The position numbers and the translations under genes were made by a program. Below the pieces are notes generated by a model. That model saw only the letters and a list, made by a program, of their open reading frames with translations. It did not search any database and was not told the DNA's origin. From Candidatus Eiseniibacteriota bacterium (GTDB taxonomy: Bacteria > Eisenbacteria > RBG-16-71-46 > CAIMUX01 > VGJL01): a stretch of DNA of 64,000 nucleotides. Location of the stretch: the NCBI GenBank assembly GCA_963792585.1, contig CAWBWI010000001.1, positions 352,001 through 416,000 on the forward strand, read 5' to 3'. Shown here in pieces: positions 23,038-33,360 of this stretch (its first letter is position 1; each line of letters begins with the position of its first letter).

Positions 23038-23897
23038 TCTTCTTCACGCAGGGCGCGTACGTGCCAGAGCGCGATGCGCGCGTCTCGGTCCTCGATCGGG
23101 GATTCCTCTTCGGCGACTCGGTGTATGAGACCGTGCGGGCCCACCACGGTCGGATCCTCTTCTGGAAGGACCACAGCGCGCGGTTGAGACACTCCGCACA
23201 CGCGTTGGGCATCCCGATCGGATCCGCCGATCCCGATCCGCTGGAGATTCTTCGCGAACTCCTGAGGAGGAACAGGCTCGAGGACGCCCGCATGCGGATC
23301 ATCGTGACGCGCGGTGTGGGTGCCGGCTATGAGTTCGAGGGGCTAACGCCCACATGGGTGGTGACCTGCGAGCCGTTCGAGCCCCCTTCGGAGGACACCT
23401 ACGCGGAGGGCGTGGACGTCGTGATCGTCGGGATCACGAGACACGCGGTCGCAAGTCTGAACCCGGAGATCAAATCGAGCAATCTGCTCAACAATATCCT
23501 CGCGCGGCGGGAGGCGATGGCCGCCGGGGCCGTCGAGGGGCTCCTCCTCAATCCCGAAGGTTTCGTGGCCGAGGGGGCGCACAGCAACGTCTTCTGGGTC
23601 GCCGCCGACGGCGCCGTCTGCACCCCCTCGCTCTCGGTGGGAATCCTGCCGGGCATCACGCGCATGAAGCTGATCGAACGCGCGCGCGCCGAGGGCTTCA
23701 GCGTCCGCGAGATCCATGCCCGGCGCGGCGAACTCGAGGGAGCCAAGGAGATCTTTCTGACGAGCACATCGTGGGAGGCCCTGAGCGTCGCGCGACTGGA
23801 CGGGCGACCGGTGGGCGGTGGTAGAAGGGGCGCAATCGCGCAGATGCTGCGCGATCGACTGCGGGCCCTGTACGAGCGCGAGGAGGAGACGGAATGA
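23034..23897 (+). CDS. Class IV PLP aminotransferase (branched-chain/D-amino acid/ADC-lyase family)
   Basis: [40 protein letters not shown]. Confidence 0.92.
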   Translation: MIFFTQGAYVPERDARVSVLDRGFLFGDSVYETVRAHHGRILFWKDHSARLRHSAHALGIPIGSADPDPLEILRELLRRNRLEDARMRIIVTRGVGAGYEFEGLTPTWVVTCEPFEPPSEDTYAEGVDVVIVGITRHAVASLNPEIKSSNLLNNILARREAMAAGAVEGLLLNPEGFVAEGAHSNVFWVAADGAVCTPSLSVGILPGITRMKLIERARAEGFSVREIHARRGELEGAKEIFLTSTSWEALSVARLDGRPVGGGRRGAIAQMLRDRLRALYEREEETE

Positions 23898-24931
23898 TCC
23901 GCGGAATCGACCTGCGCAGCGACACGGTCACCAAGCCGACGCCGGAGATGCGGAAAGCCATCGCGGAGGCGGAGGTCGGCGACGATGTCTTCATGGAGGA
24001 TCCTACGGTTCGTCGCCTCGAGGAGACGGTCGCTACGATCCTGGGCAAGGAGGCGGCCCTCTTCGTCCCGAGCGGCACGATGGCCAACCAGATCGCCGTT
24101 GCGGCGCATACCCGGCCGGGGGACGAGGTATTGCTCGAGGCGGAGAGCCACGTCTTTCTCTACGAGGGGGGCGGTGCGGCCGCAATCTCGGGGGCGCAGA
24201 TCCGCGCCATTCCGGGGAACCGCGGCCTCGTCGAGGCGAGCGTGCTCGCGTCCTCCATCAGACCGAGCAATGTCCACTACCCGCCCGCAACACTCCTGGT
24301 GCTGGAGAATACCCACAACCGGTCAGGGGGACGCGTGCTTCCCCTGGAGGGCATGAAGGCGACCGCGCAGGCGGCGCGCGACGCCGGGCTCCGCGTGCAC
24401 CTCGACGGTGCGCGGATCTGGAACGCATCGGTCGCCTCCGGGATCCCGGAATCGACCTATGCCGCCCTGTGCGATTCGGTCGGCTGCTGCCTGTCGAAGG
24501 GCCTCGGCGCGCCGGTGGGATCGCTCGTTGCCGGGGACCGCGCCTTCGTAGACCGTGCGCGATTCGTTCGCAAGCGCCTCGGCGGGGGGATGCGCCAGGC
24601 GGGAATCCTCGCGGCCGCGGGACTTCACGCCCTCACGCACCATCGCGGGCGCCTGGCGGACGATCACGCGCGGGCGCAGCGTCTCGCGCAGGCTTTGAGC
24701 CGGATCGAGGAACTGGCGATCGATCCCGCCGACGTCGAGACGAACATCCTGCGGATCGGCGTGCGCGTGGCGGACCCGGACCGCTGGTGCGCCGCGGCCG
24801 AGCGCCGCGGATTGCGGATCGTCCCGTTCGGCGCCCACGCCGTCCGGGCGGTCCTGCATCTGGACGTGAGCGACGAGGATCTCAGCGAAGCAATCGCCGT
24901 CTTCGGGGAGTGCGCGCGCGAACTGCGATGA
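23894..24931 (+). CDS. ltaE: Low-specificity L-threonine aldolase
   Basis: [51 protein letters not shown]. Confidence 0.95.
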   Translation: MIRGIDLRSDTVTKPTPEMRKAIAEAEVGDDVFMEDPTVRRLEETVATILGKEAALFVPSGTMANQIAVAAHTRPGDEVLLEAESHVFLYEGGGAAAISGAQIRAIPGNRGLVEASVLASSIRPSNVHYPPATLLVLENTHNRSGGRVLPLEGMKATAQAARDAGLRVHLDGARIWNASVASGIPESTYAALCDSVGCCLSKGLGAPVGSLVAGDRAFVDRARFVRKRLGGGMRQAGILAAAGLHALTHHRGRLADDHARAQRLAQALSRIEELAIDPADVETNILRIGVRVADPDRWCAAAERRGLRIVPFGAHAVRAVLHLDVSDEDLSEAIAVFGECARELR

Positions 24932-25322
24932 GGAGTCCCCCCGCAGCCGCGGTCGCGAGATTCAGGACCAGGTGGGGCCAGCTCGCGCTCGAGCGCGCCA
25001 GGGTCCCGAAGCAGCCGCAGTCGATGTCGAGCTTGCGCAGGATCGCGGAGACGATCCCGGCGGCGAACGCCAGCGAGAGCGCGGTGAGCCAGACGAGCCC
25101 GCCGCGATAGAAGAGCCCCGTCAGGACAGCCAGAGCGGCGAGAGCTTCGAGGGCCGGGAGCCAGATCGCCAGGGCGGGGATCGCCTCGAGCGGCAGGATC
25201 CTGAAGTTGTGAATCGCCTTGGCGAACGCCCATGGGTCGATGATCTTCGGAACCGCGGCGAAGATGTAGACCCCGGCCAGTCCGATGCGAAGGAGCCAGA
25301 AGGCGATGGAGCGCCCGCTCAC
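24882..25322 (-). CDS. MauE/DoxX family membrane protein
   Basis: [35 protein letters not shown] start overlaps the upstream stop. Confidence 0.85.
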   Translation of the reverse strand: MSGRSIAFWLLRIGLAGVYIFAAVPKIIDPWAFAKAIHNFRILPLEAIPALAIWLPALEALAALAVLTGLFYRGGLVWLTALSLAFAAGIVSAILRKLDIDCGCFGTLARSSASWPHLVLNLATAAAGGLLIAVRARTPRRRRLLR

Positions 25323-25777
25323 CACTCGCTCCCTTCCTCTTGATCGGGCAGCTCGGGATTCAGCGGGGGCGGGGGGCCGACTCCGACCGGCAATCCCGCG
25401 GCGCGCCACTCCGCAATCCCCCCCACGTAGACGGAGAGCCTTCCCTCGTGACCGCGGCTTGCGAGCGCGCGGGCGAGATCGTCCGCCCGGGAGACCTGCT
25501 CGGGCGACGCGTAGATCACGATCGGCTGTCCCTCGATCCAGGGGGCGAGATCGTCGTAGAGATCCGTCCACTCCTCGACCGGAACGTGGAATGCCCCCTG
25601 GACGTGCCCGGCCTCGAACTCATCGTTCGATCGCGCATCCAGGAAGATCGCCTTGCCAGCGCGGAACATCTCCCGGGCGCCCGGAAGGAGGAGGGCCTTC
25701 GCCTTCGATTCCACGAGGTAGTAGGCGGGGGGAAGTCGTGAGGGGAGTCCGTCGCGGCGACCCACGTTCGCGGCCAC
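25319..25777 (-). CDS. Rhodanese-like domain protein (N-terminus probably extends to about 25835 with a TM helix)
   Basis: FLDARSNDEFEAGHVQGA and YVGGIAEWRAAGLPV motifs. Confidence 0.85.
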   Translation of the reverse strand: MAANVGRRDGLPSRLPPAYYLVESKAKALLLPGAREMFRAGKAIFLDARSNDEFEAGHVQGAFHVPVEEWTDLYDDLAPWIEGQPIVIYASPEQVSRADDLARALASRGHEGRLSVYVGGIAEWRAAGLPVGVGPPPPLNPELPDQEEGSEW

Positions 25778-25838
25778 GCCGATGATCGCGGCGATCGCGG
25801 CCAGAAGGAGGGTTTCGATCAGGTGCCGGCGCAGGCGA

Positions 25839-26831
25839 CTATCCCCGGACGAGTCCCTGGATCCCCACCTCGATCACCGGCTGATCCGGGTCGGTCGTCT
25901 TGAGCTTGACGAGTCCGCGGAACGGTCCGGCCGGGGCGGTCCCCAGGAGGGTGAGCTTCAGGGAAAAGCCGTTCGCGCCCTCCGGCACGATCTGGCCGGT
26001 GACGAACGGCAACGTCGACTCGACCGACTCGAGACGATACGGCTTCGACCCGTCGCACTTGAGCCGCACGTTGGCGGCGGAGGTCACCCCTTTCTCCGTG
26101 ATCGCGAAATTGATGCGGGCGTCCCCGTCGATCTGAAAGTAGCTAATCACCTGGCCGCTGACCGCCAGCTCGATCGCTCGAGGAATCGCCCCGGTGGTGA
26201 ACACCGTGACGATCTTTCGGAACGGTCCGGCCGGAGCCGTCGGCTTGAGCTTCAGGACGACGTTGCACACTTCCTGGTCCCCGGCCTTCTCGGGGATGAC
26301 GGAAGTCGTGAGGTACGACTCCCCACCTTCGATCTTCTTGACGGCGAGCCCGAAGCCTGCCTTCGCCGCCAGGCGGACCGTTTGTTGCGGCGTCTCGCCG
26401 CGGCGGATCGTGCTGAATCGGACCTGGTCGCTGCTGATCTCGATGGTCGGCGTGACGTCCGCCTTGACGGCGATCTTGACGATCCGCTCCGCGGGGTCGT
26501 TCGAGCGGATCTGAAGCAGCTTCTCCTGCGGTCCCTGGTAGTCGCGCGTGCTGAAGGAGACATCGACGCGGGCGTCGGCGCCCGGCGCGATCACCGAATC
26601 CGCCAGGATCACACCCGTACAGCCGCACGAGGATTCGATCTTGAAGATCACCAGCGGCTCGTCGCCGCGGTTGCTGATGATGAGGTCGCGGTGGAGGAGT
26701 TGCTGCTGGGGGGCCTTTCCGAAATCGATGGTTCGCTCCGAAACGCGGATGAGCGGACCCTTTGCCGCAAGTGTCGGACCGGCCGCAAGCGCGACGGCGA
26801 AGCCGACCAGGATCGAAGGCAGGAAGCGCAC
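25839..26831 (-). CDS. DUF1573 domain (Ig-like) exported protein
   Basis: Signal peptide; IDFG..NRGDEPLVI..SSCGCT..IAPG..IRSNDP; repeated Ig-like modules. Confidence 0.85.
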   Translation of the reverse strand: MRFLPSILVGFAVALAAGPTLAAKGPLIRVSERTIDFGKAPQQQLLHRDLIISNRGDEPLVIFKIESSCGCTGVILADSVIAPGADARVDVSFSTRDYQGPQEKLLQIRSNDPAERIVKIAVKADVTPTIEISSDQVRFSTIRRGETPQQTVRLAAKAGFGLAVKKIEGGESYLTTSVIPEKAGDQEVCNVVLKLKPTAPAGPFRKIVTVFTTGAIPRAIELAVSGQVISYFQIDGDARINFAITEKGVTSAANVRLKCDGSKPYRLESVESTLPFVTGQIVPEGANGFSLKLTLLGTAPAGPFRGLVKLKTTDPDQPVIEVGIQGLVRG

Positions 26832-26916
26832 GGCGAAAACCCTCCTCGTGAAGCCGGGCCGATGGAACCAGGTTAGGCATCAGGACCGAACCGCGTCAAT
26901 CCGTGAGGGGCCTTCC

Positions 26917-27429
26917 CTAGCCGGGTCGCGAAAACCTCGCGAGCTTCCGCCCCCGCTTCAGCGGGCCTCCCGTGGGGACGACGCTGATCGAGCCGTCGGT
27001 CTCGAGGACAGCCATGTCGACCTCGTCCATGGCGGTCACGCCATGCTCCCGAAGGGCCGCGTCGAGTTCCTCACGGTCGATTCCCTCCCGTTGCATAGCG
27101 TGGGGGAGGGGCCGTCCGTGGAGCACGAGGAGGGTCGGCGATCCCTCGACCATCCTCCGCAGGCGCGGCCAGCGCAGGCGCAGGCGGGCGAGCAGGGCGT
27201 TGATCGCGAGCAGGACGGCGGCGGCGATCAGGCCACCGGTCAATGAGGTGTCCGGACCGACCATCGCGTTCTGCACGGCATTGGAGATCAGGAGGAGCAC
27301 GATCAGGTCGAAGATCGACATCTGGCCGATCTCCCGCTTCCCGGCTATCCGCAGGCCGACCAGGAGGACCAGGTAGACGGCCGCGCACCGTGCGACGATG
27401 CTCCACAGCGGGGTTCCGAGGCTCAACAT
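26917..27429 (-). CDS. DUF421 (YetF-like) membrane protein
   Basis: GKREIGQMSIFDL, EGSPTLLV, AVLETDGSISV. Confidence 0.92.
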   Translation of the reverse strand: MLSLGTPLWSIVARCAAVYLVLLVGLRIAGKREIGQMSIFDLIVLLLISNAVQNAMVGPDTSLTGGLIAAAVLLAINALLARLRLRWPRLRRMVEGSPTLLVLHGRPLPHAMQREGIDREELDAALREHGVTAMDEVDMAVLETDGSISVVPTGGPLKRGRKLARFSRPG

Positions 27430-27663
27430 CCGACTCGGTCTCCTCCTCGTCCTACCGGACGTGCGGCCCGGGCCCGAAGGAAGGGTCGTCGGGCTTTCGG
27501 ACCTCTTCCGTCAGGCCGCAACGGGTGGCCCCAGCGGGGCGATCGGGCCGATCCGTGGAAGCATCGGCGCCCAACGTGCCTCGAGTCAACAGGTTCGCCG
27601 TCGCCCGCGCGCACGGATCTGTCAGCACACCGCGGACGGGATACCCGGTATCCTGCCTTCCCG

Positions 27664-27709
27664 ATTCCTGTCCAATTCCTGTCCGGATCGCCCGCGCACG
27701 CACTACAAT
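27664..27709 (+). promoter_or_regulatory. Tandem 10-bp direct repeat plus TACAAT -10-like element upstream of the MBL gene
   Basis: ATTCCTGTCC at 27664-27673 and 27675-27684; TACAAT at 27704-27709. Confidence 0.45.
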
Positions 27710-27731
27710 GACCGGTCTCGCGGAGACCAAG

Positions 27732-28448
27732 ATGCAGCTAGGGAGATTCACACTTCGATCGGTAGTGGCCGCTCGATTTCGTTTGGCCGCGGAGGCGGGA
27801 CCGCGAGCGCACGTCGACCTCGTCGCCCGGCTGCTGCTCGTGGACGGTCCGGCGGGACGCACGCTGATCGATGCGGGCCCCGTCGATGGCGTCGAGTTGA
27901 TCCGCGTCCTCGAGGATGCCGGGATCGGCGCGGGATCGATCGATCGACTGGTCCTGACGCATCTCCACTACGACCACGCAGGAGGAGCGCCCCTCGATGG
28001 GAAGCCGACCCATATCCAGGCGGCGAACCTCGCGGCGGCGCGCGCGGCGGTCGGCGGGGACCAATCCGGCTACCGGAGCAGGGATCTGGAACGGATCGAC
28101 CGCGCCGGTGTGGTACCGATCTCCGGGGATGCAGAGATCCTGCCGGGGCTGCGGGTCACGGTGAGCAACGGGCATGCCGCCGGAATGCAGATCGTCTGGA
28201 TCGAAGATGCGGATGAGGCCCTGGTCCACGCCGCCGACTTGATTCCGACCCTGTCCCATCTGCGGCTGCCGGGCTCGGGAGAATACGACGTCGATCCCGA
28301 GGTCCTGGAGCGGGAGAAGGTGAAGCTGATCGAGGAGACCTTGCGGCGGCGCGCATGGCTCTTCCTCTACCACGATACACGTCACGTCGCGGTCCGACTG
28401 GGCGGCACGCCCGAACGGCCGGTCGCGGTCGAGGAGGTCACGTTCTGA
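27732..28448 (+). CDS. MBL-fold metallo-hydrolase (YtnP-like)
   Basis: LIDAG, THLHYDHAGG, GHAAG, ADLIP, LYHD; GGAG before ATG 27732. Confidence 0.85.
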   Translation: MQLGRFTLRSVVAARFRLAAEAGPRAHVDLVARLLLVDGPAGRTLIDAGPVDGVELIRVLEDAGIGAGSIDRLVLTHLHYDHAGGAPLDGKPTHIQAANLAAARAAVGGDQSGYRSRDLERIDRAGVVPISGDAEILPGLRVTVSNGHAAGMQIVWIEDADEALVHAADLIPTLSHLRLPGSGEYDVDPEVLEREKVKLIEETLRRRAWLFLYHDTRHVAVRLGGTPERPVAVEEVTF

Positions 28449-29980
28449 TGGGAACCGATCGTATTCCGGGGACACTGGGAGAACTCAAAGCGGGAGGCTA
28501 CCGCTCGCGAAGCGTGAAGCAGGAACTACGCGAGAACCTGCGCGCGAAGCTTGCCGGCGGGGAACGGTGGCTGATGGGGATCGTGGGCTACGACGAGACC
28601 GTCCTGCCGCAGCTCGAGAACGCGATCCTCTCGCAGCACGATTTCATCCTGCTCGGCCTGCGAGGGCAGGCGAAGACGCGCATCGTCCGCCAACTGACGC
28701 AGCTCCTCGATCCCGTGATTCCCGTCGTGGACGGCTGCCCGATCCACGACGATCCCCTGAAGCCGACCTGCGCCACCTGCCGCCGGCGTCTTGCGGAGCT
28801 GGGCGATCGCCTGCCCGTCTCCTGGCTGCCCCGAGATGAGCGCTATCGCGAGAAACTGGCCACACCCGACGTGACGATCGCGGATCTGATCGGGGACATC
28901 GATCCGATCAAGGCGGCGCGCGAGCGCCTCGATTTCTCCAACGAAGAGGTGATTCACTACGGCATCATCCCGCGCACGAACCGCGGCATCTTCGCGCTCA
29001 ACGAACTGCCCGATCTCCAGCCGCGCATCCAGGTCGGTCTGTTGAACATCATGGAGGAGAAGGATATCCAGGTGCGGGGATTCCCCGTGCGGATCCCCCT
29101 GGACATCCTGCTGACCTTCACCGCGAATCCCGAGGACTACACGAATCGGGGTAACATCATCACGCCCCTGAAGGACCGGATCGACAGCCAGATCCTCACG
29201 CACTATCCCAAGACGGTGGAGGAAGCGATCACGATCACGGTGCAGGAGGCCTGGACCGATCGAACGGAGCCGGTGTCCGTGCCCCGCTTCCTCGAAGAGA
29301 TCCTCGAGGAGATCGCCTTCGTCGCCCGCGAGAGCGACCATGTCGACCAGTCCTCCGGGGTAAGCCAGCGGTTGCCGATCCGCGCCCGAGAGCTGCTGCT
29401 CTCCTCCGTCGAGCGGCGCTGCCTCCGGCGCGCCGGAGAGCCCCGGGTTCCGCGGCTGTGCGATCTGGCGGCCGTGGTGCCGGCCGTGACCGGGCGCATC
29501 GAGCTGGTCTACGAGGGGGAACAGGAAGGGCCGGTCATCGTCGCGAACCGGCTCATCGGTCGCGCGATGGCGAAGGTCTTCGGACGCTTCTTCCCGCCCG
29601 TCTTCGTGCAGAAGGACCGCCGCCGGGCTTCGCAACGCCGGAGGGCGCCGGGGGATGAACCGGACGCCGCCGTCGAGCCGGACCGGATGACCCCGCCCGC
29701 ATACCGCGAGATCCTCGACTTCTTCGCCTCGGGCGGGCGGGTCGAACTCTCCGATGACATGACGGCCGACGCCTACGTCACCACGCTGGAAGAAGTGCCG
29801 GGTCTCGCGGCGCTCGTGCAGAAGGCGCTCGGCGCGCAGAGCAGGCCCGAGCGCGCCCTGTCGATGGAGTGGGTCCTCGAGTCGCTCGCGCAGGCGAGTC
29901 TCATCGCGCGGCAGAACCTGGACGGAGGGGTCCGCTTCAGCGACATGCTGGCGAACATGCTCAACGAGGGGGGCCGGTAG
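28448..29980 (+). CDS. AAA+ ATPase, magnesium chelatase-like family
   Basis: GLRGQAKT, EKLATPD, FALNELPDL, TANPEDYTNRG..PLKDR. Confidence 0.88.
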   Translation: MGTDRIPGTLGELKAGGYRSRSVKQELRENLRAKLAGGERWLMGIVGYDETVLPQLENAILSQHDFILLGLRGQAKTRIVRQLTQLLDPVIPVVDGCPIHDDPLKPTCATCRRRLAELGDRLPVSWLPRDERYREKLATPDVTIADLIGDIDPIKAARERLDFSNEEVIHYGIIPRTNRGIFALNELPDLQPRIQVGLLNIMEEKDIQVRGFPVRIPLDILLTFTANPEDYTNRGNIITPLKDRIDSQILTHYPKTVEEAITITVQEAWTDRTEPVSVPRFLEEILEEIAFVARESDHVDQSSGVSQRLPIRARELLLSSVERRCLRRAGEPRVPRLCDLAAVVPAVTGRIELVYEGEQEGPVIVANRLIGRAMAKVFGRFFPPVFVQKDRRRASQRRRAPGDEPDAAVEPDRMTPPAYREILDFFASGGRVELSDDMTADAYVTTLEEVPGLAALVQKALGAQSRPERALSMEWVLESLAQASLIARQNLDGGVRFSDMLANMLNEGGR

Positions 29981-31075
29981 GTGCGCTACCGCTTCGAGGC
30001 GTTCGACGAGTCGCTTCGCGATCTCCTCGCGCGCTTCCGCGACATGCTGGCCGCATTCCACCATCTGCTGCTCGCGGCGAACGGGGATGTCGAACAGACG
30101 CTCGAATGGATGCGCGCCCTCCAGCAGGGCGGCTACATCCCCGCGGACTGGGACCTCGATGCGTTCGCGCGCAAGCTGGAGGAGGAGGAGGTCATTCAGC
30201 GCACCCCGGAGGGACGGGCGCTGACGGGAAAGGGGGAACGGGGGATCCGGCGGGCGAGCCTCGAGGCGATCTTCGGAAACCTCCGGGCCGACGGCGTGGG
30301 CCAGCATCCGACTCCCCACGAGGGGACCGGGGGGCGCGAACTGTTGCCCGAACGGCGCGCCTATGCGTTCGGCGACGATATCGACGCGATCGACTTCCCC
30401 GACTCGATCCGCAATGTCGTCCTGCGCACTCACGGAGATGAGCTCTTGCCGATGGAGGAAGACCTGAGCGTCGCGGAGACGGAGCACTCCAGCTCCTGCG
30501 CGACGGCGATCCTGATCGATGTCTCGCACAGCATGGTCCTCTACGGAGAGGACCGCATCACGCCGGCGAAGCAGGTGGCTCTGGCCCTCTCGGAACTCAT
30601 CCTCACCAAGTACCCGAAGGATGCCCTCGATATCGTTCTCTTCGGGGACGAGGCGCAGCGCGTCGAGGTGAAGGATCTGCCCTATGTAGGCGCCGGACCA
30701 TTCCACACGAATACGCAGGAAGGCCTGCGCTTCGCGCGGAGGATCCTGGAACGGCGTCACCAGGCGAACAAGCAGATCTTCTTGATCACGGACGGCAAAC
30801 CAACCGTCATCCGGTTGGGCGACGGCAAGCTCTATCGCAATGTCTTCGGTCTCGATCCGATCATCGTGGCGCGGACGCTCGATGAGGCCGTTGCATGCAG
30901 GCGACGACGGATTCCGATCACGACCTTCATGGTCGCGAGCGACCCGTACCTGCAGAAGTTCGTCCAGGACCTGACGGAGCGCAACCGCGGGCGCGCCTAC
31001 TTCACGTCGCCCGATCGCCTCGGGAACTTCCTCTTGCTCGACTTCATGAACAACCGCCGCCGCCGGGTGCGCTAG
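29981..31075 (+). CDS. VWA domain protein, partner of the AAA+ ATPase
   Basis: MIDAS motif DVSHSM, HTNT, ITDGKP. Confidence 0.9.
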   Translation: MRYRFEAFDESLRDLLARFRDMLAAFHHLLLAANGDVEQTLEWMRALQQGGYIPADWDLDAFARKLEEEEVIQRTPEGRALTGKGERGIRRASLEAIFGNLRADGVGQHPTPHEGTGGRELLPERRAYAFGDDIDAIDFPDSIRNVVLRTHGDELLPMEEDLSVAETEHSSSCATAILIDVSHSMVLYGEDRITPAKQVALALSELILTKYPKDALDIVLFGDEAQRVEVKDLPYVGAGPFHTNTQEGLRFARRILERRHQANKQIFLITDGKPTVIRLGDGKLYRNVFGLDPIIVARTLDEAVACRRRRIPITTFMVASDPYLQKFVQDLTERNRGRAYFTSPDRLGNFLLLDFMNNRRRRVR

Positions 31076-31085
31076 GCGGGTCGAT

Positions 31086-31958
31086 TCAGACGCGGGGTCT
31101 GCGCGCGATGATCGAGAGGGTCATCGGGATGCGCCCCCGCAGCTCCGGCCTCAAGTTGGGGAACGCTTCCCAGTAGCGGTCCGGGTGTTCGCCGAGCCGC
31201 TCGACCGTGAATCCCGCCCGCACCAGTGCGCCATGAAGGTCTGCGACCGTCCAGAGCCGCTCGTACTTGACCGCATGCTCCTCGATCGGCTTTCCGAGGT
31301 CCCCCAGATAGACGGAAGGCCATCCGCGCGAGCTCTCGGCGTGGCGGAAGTAGTCGATCCCGGAGGGAACATAGTCCTCCGCGTCGAAATCGAAGAGCCA
31401 GGTGATCGGATGGTCGTCGAAGAACGAGAAGAGCCCGCCCGGCTTCAAGAGGCGGTGGGCGACGGCGGCCCAGGCGTCCAGATCGTGGATCCAGCAATAG
31501 GCGCCGCGGCCCGTATAGACGAGATCTGCCGTGCCATCGAACTCGTGGGGCGTATCGAGCACGTCGCAGCGTACGAAGGCGGCCTGCCAGGCGAGCGCCG
31601 TCGCGATCGCTCGGGCATTCTCGATGTGCAGGTCGGAGATATCGATTCCGGTCAGATTCGCGACCCCTTCATTGCGCAAGGAGAGCGTGTCGCGCCCCGA
31701 TGCGCACTGAAGGTGGATCGCGGTCGCGCACCAGTCCTTCAACACGCCGAGGTTGGCCCTCTCGACCGGATGCAGATTGCTCCCGCCCGCGCGCAGGAAG
31801 CGAACCGTCTCCTCGATCTCTTCGGAATAGGCGACCGCCCCTTCGTTCCAGGCGATGCGGTTTGCCTCGTGCCAGGCGCGCACCTCCGCGGCGCCGCGCG
31901 CCTGCGGGCGGATCTCGAACGGAACGCTCCCGCCGGTCTTCGGATCTTCCGGACTCAT
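31086..31958 (-). CDS. Class I SAM-dependent methyltransferase
   Basis: HLQCASGRDT, GIDIS, DLVYTGRGA..LKPGG..DDHP. Confidence 0.85.
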   Translation of the reverse strand: MSPEDPKTGGSVPFEIRPQARGAAEVRAWHEANRIAWNEGAVAYSEEIEETVRFLRAGGSNLHPVERANLGVLKDWCATAIHLQCASGRDTLSLRNEGVANLTGIDISDLHIENARAIATALAWQAAFVRCDVLDTPHEFDGTADLVYTGRGAYCWIHDLDAWAAVAHRLLKPGGLFSFFDDHPITWLFDFDAEDYVPSGIDYFRHAESSRGWPSVYLGDLGKPIEEHAVKYERLWTVADLHGALVRAGFTVERLGEHPDRYWEAFPNLRPELRGRIPMTLSIIARRPRV

Positions 31959-32227
31959 GCCGTGCGCCTCCTCACGATGGGAAATGCGAAGGGGCGGGCA
32001 ATGGACTATCCCCGCCCCTTCAAGGTAGTGGCCATATCAGCGCGGCAACGTCATCTTGCGGGTGACAGATCGCCTGTGCGCACGGTGAATCCCCCCTGTC
32101 CGATGACGACCCGGCCGGGCGACGAGACGATGGCGGCTCCGCCGGCGAATTGCGCTTCAAAGCAGGAGAAGTCTATCATCTCGTACTGGTTACGTCAAAA
32201 ATCAGGCGTGGGGAAGGAGGGGCGAGG

Positions 32228-33331
32228 GTGAGGCTCGAACCGGTCGCATACATGACGTGGGCAAAGGCCCAGCTCGAACGGGGAGACATCCACAACCTCG
32301 GCTCGAGCGGCATCCGGCAGCTGGTCCCGATCGAAGAGATCCTGGCGATCATCCCCGAGGTCGACTTCACGCAAACGAACGAGGACGGATTGCCGGCGCT
32401 GCGAGAGGCGATCGCGGCGCGTTTTCGCGTCGAAGCGACGCAGGTCCTCGTGGCCGAGGGCGCGAGCCTGGCGAACTTCCTGATGCTCGCGGCCGTCGTT
32501 CGTCCGGGGGATCCAGTCCTCATCGAGGATCCGTACTACGAGCCGCTCGGATCGGTGCTGCGATCGCTCGAGGCGAGGATCGTCACCGTTCCCGTCGACG
32601 TCGCCGATGGATACGCCGCCCTCCTCGAACGGCTCCGCGACGCGCGCGGTCCCCGCTGGCGGGCCGTGGTCATCACGCATCCCCACAACCCCACGGGGGT
32701 GCGAATCGAAGCGGGGCTCCTCAGCGAGTTGGCCGCGGCATGCGAACGGATCGGGGCGGTCCTCCTCGTGGACGAGGCGTATCGCGAGATCCTCTTCGAG
32801 GATCCTCCGGGTTGCGCATCGCACCACGGGCCATCGGTCGTCACGACGGCCAGTCTCACGAAGGTGTACGGTCTGAGCCACCTGCGCATCGGATGGGCGA
32901 TCGGCCCCGCGGAGCGAATCGCGCGCGCCATGCGCCTCCACGACAACCTCGGAGTGGTCCACCCGTACCTGACCGAAGCGATCGGGGCGCGGATCCTGGC
33001 CGCGCCGGGGAGAATCGACGGCTGGCGCGCCACGCTTCGGAAACGGGTCACGGCCAACCGCGCGCGCCTTGCCGCCTTCCTGGATGCGGAGCCGCGCCTT
33101 TCCGGCGGGATGCCCGCGGCCGGCATCCTCGCCTTTCCTCGGTGGACCGGCGGCCCCGGCCTCCCGGACGCCGAGACGCTTTGCCGGCGGGCACGCGAGG
33201 AAGCCCGCGTCGCACTCGTTCCCGGCCGGTTCTTCCAGCGGCCGGAGCATGTCCGCATCGCCGTCGGGGGAACGGAGCCGAGCGTCGCGGAGGCGATCGA
33301 TGCGCTCGCGACGTTTCTGAAAGAGCGATAG
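32228..33331 (+). CDS. Class I/II PLP-dependent aminotransferase
   Basis: THPHNPTG, VDEAY, SLTKVYGLSHLRIGW; GTG 32228 after a GGAGG-like motif. Confidence 0.9.
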   Translation: MRLEPVAYMTWAKAQLERGDIHNLGSSGIRQLVPIEEILAIIPEVDFTQTNEDGLPALREAIAARFRVEATQVLVAEGASLANFLMLAAVVRPGDPVLIEDPYYEPLGSVLRSLEARIVTVPVDVADGYAALLERLRDARGPRWRAVVITHPHNPTGVRIEAGLLSELAAACERIGAVLLVDEAYREILFEDPPGCASHHGPSVVTTASLTKVYGLSHLRIGWAIGPAERIARAMRLHDNLGVVHPYLTEAIGARILAAPGRIDGWRATLRKRVTANRARLAAFLDAEPRLSGGMPAAGILAFPRWTGGPGLPDAETLCRRAREEARVALVPGRFFQRPEHVRIAVGGTEPSVAEAIDALATFLKER

Positions 33332-33360
33332 GATCTCAGTTCCGGGGGGAGGAGGCCGCG

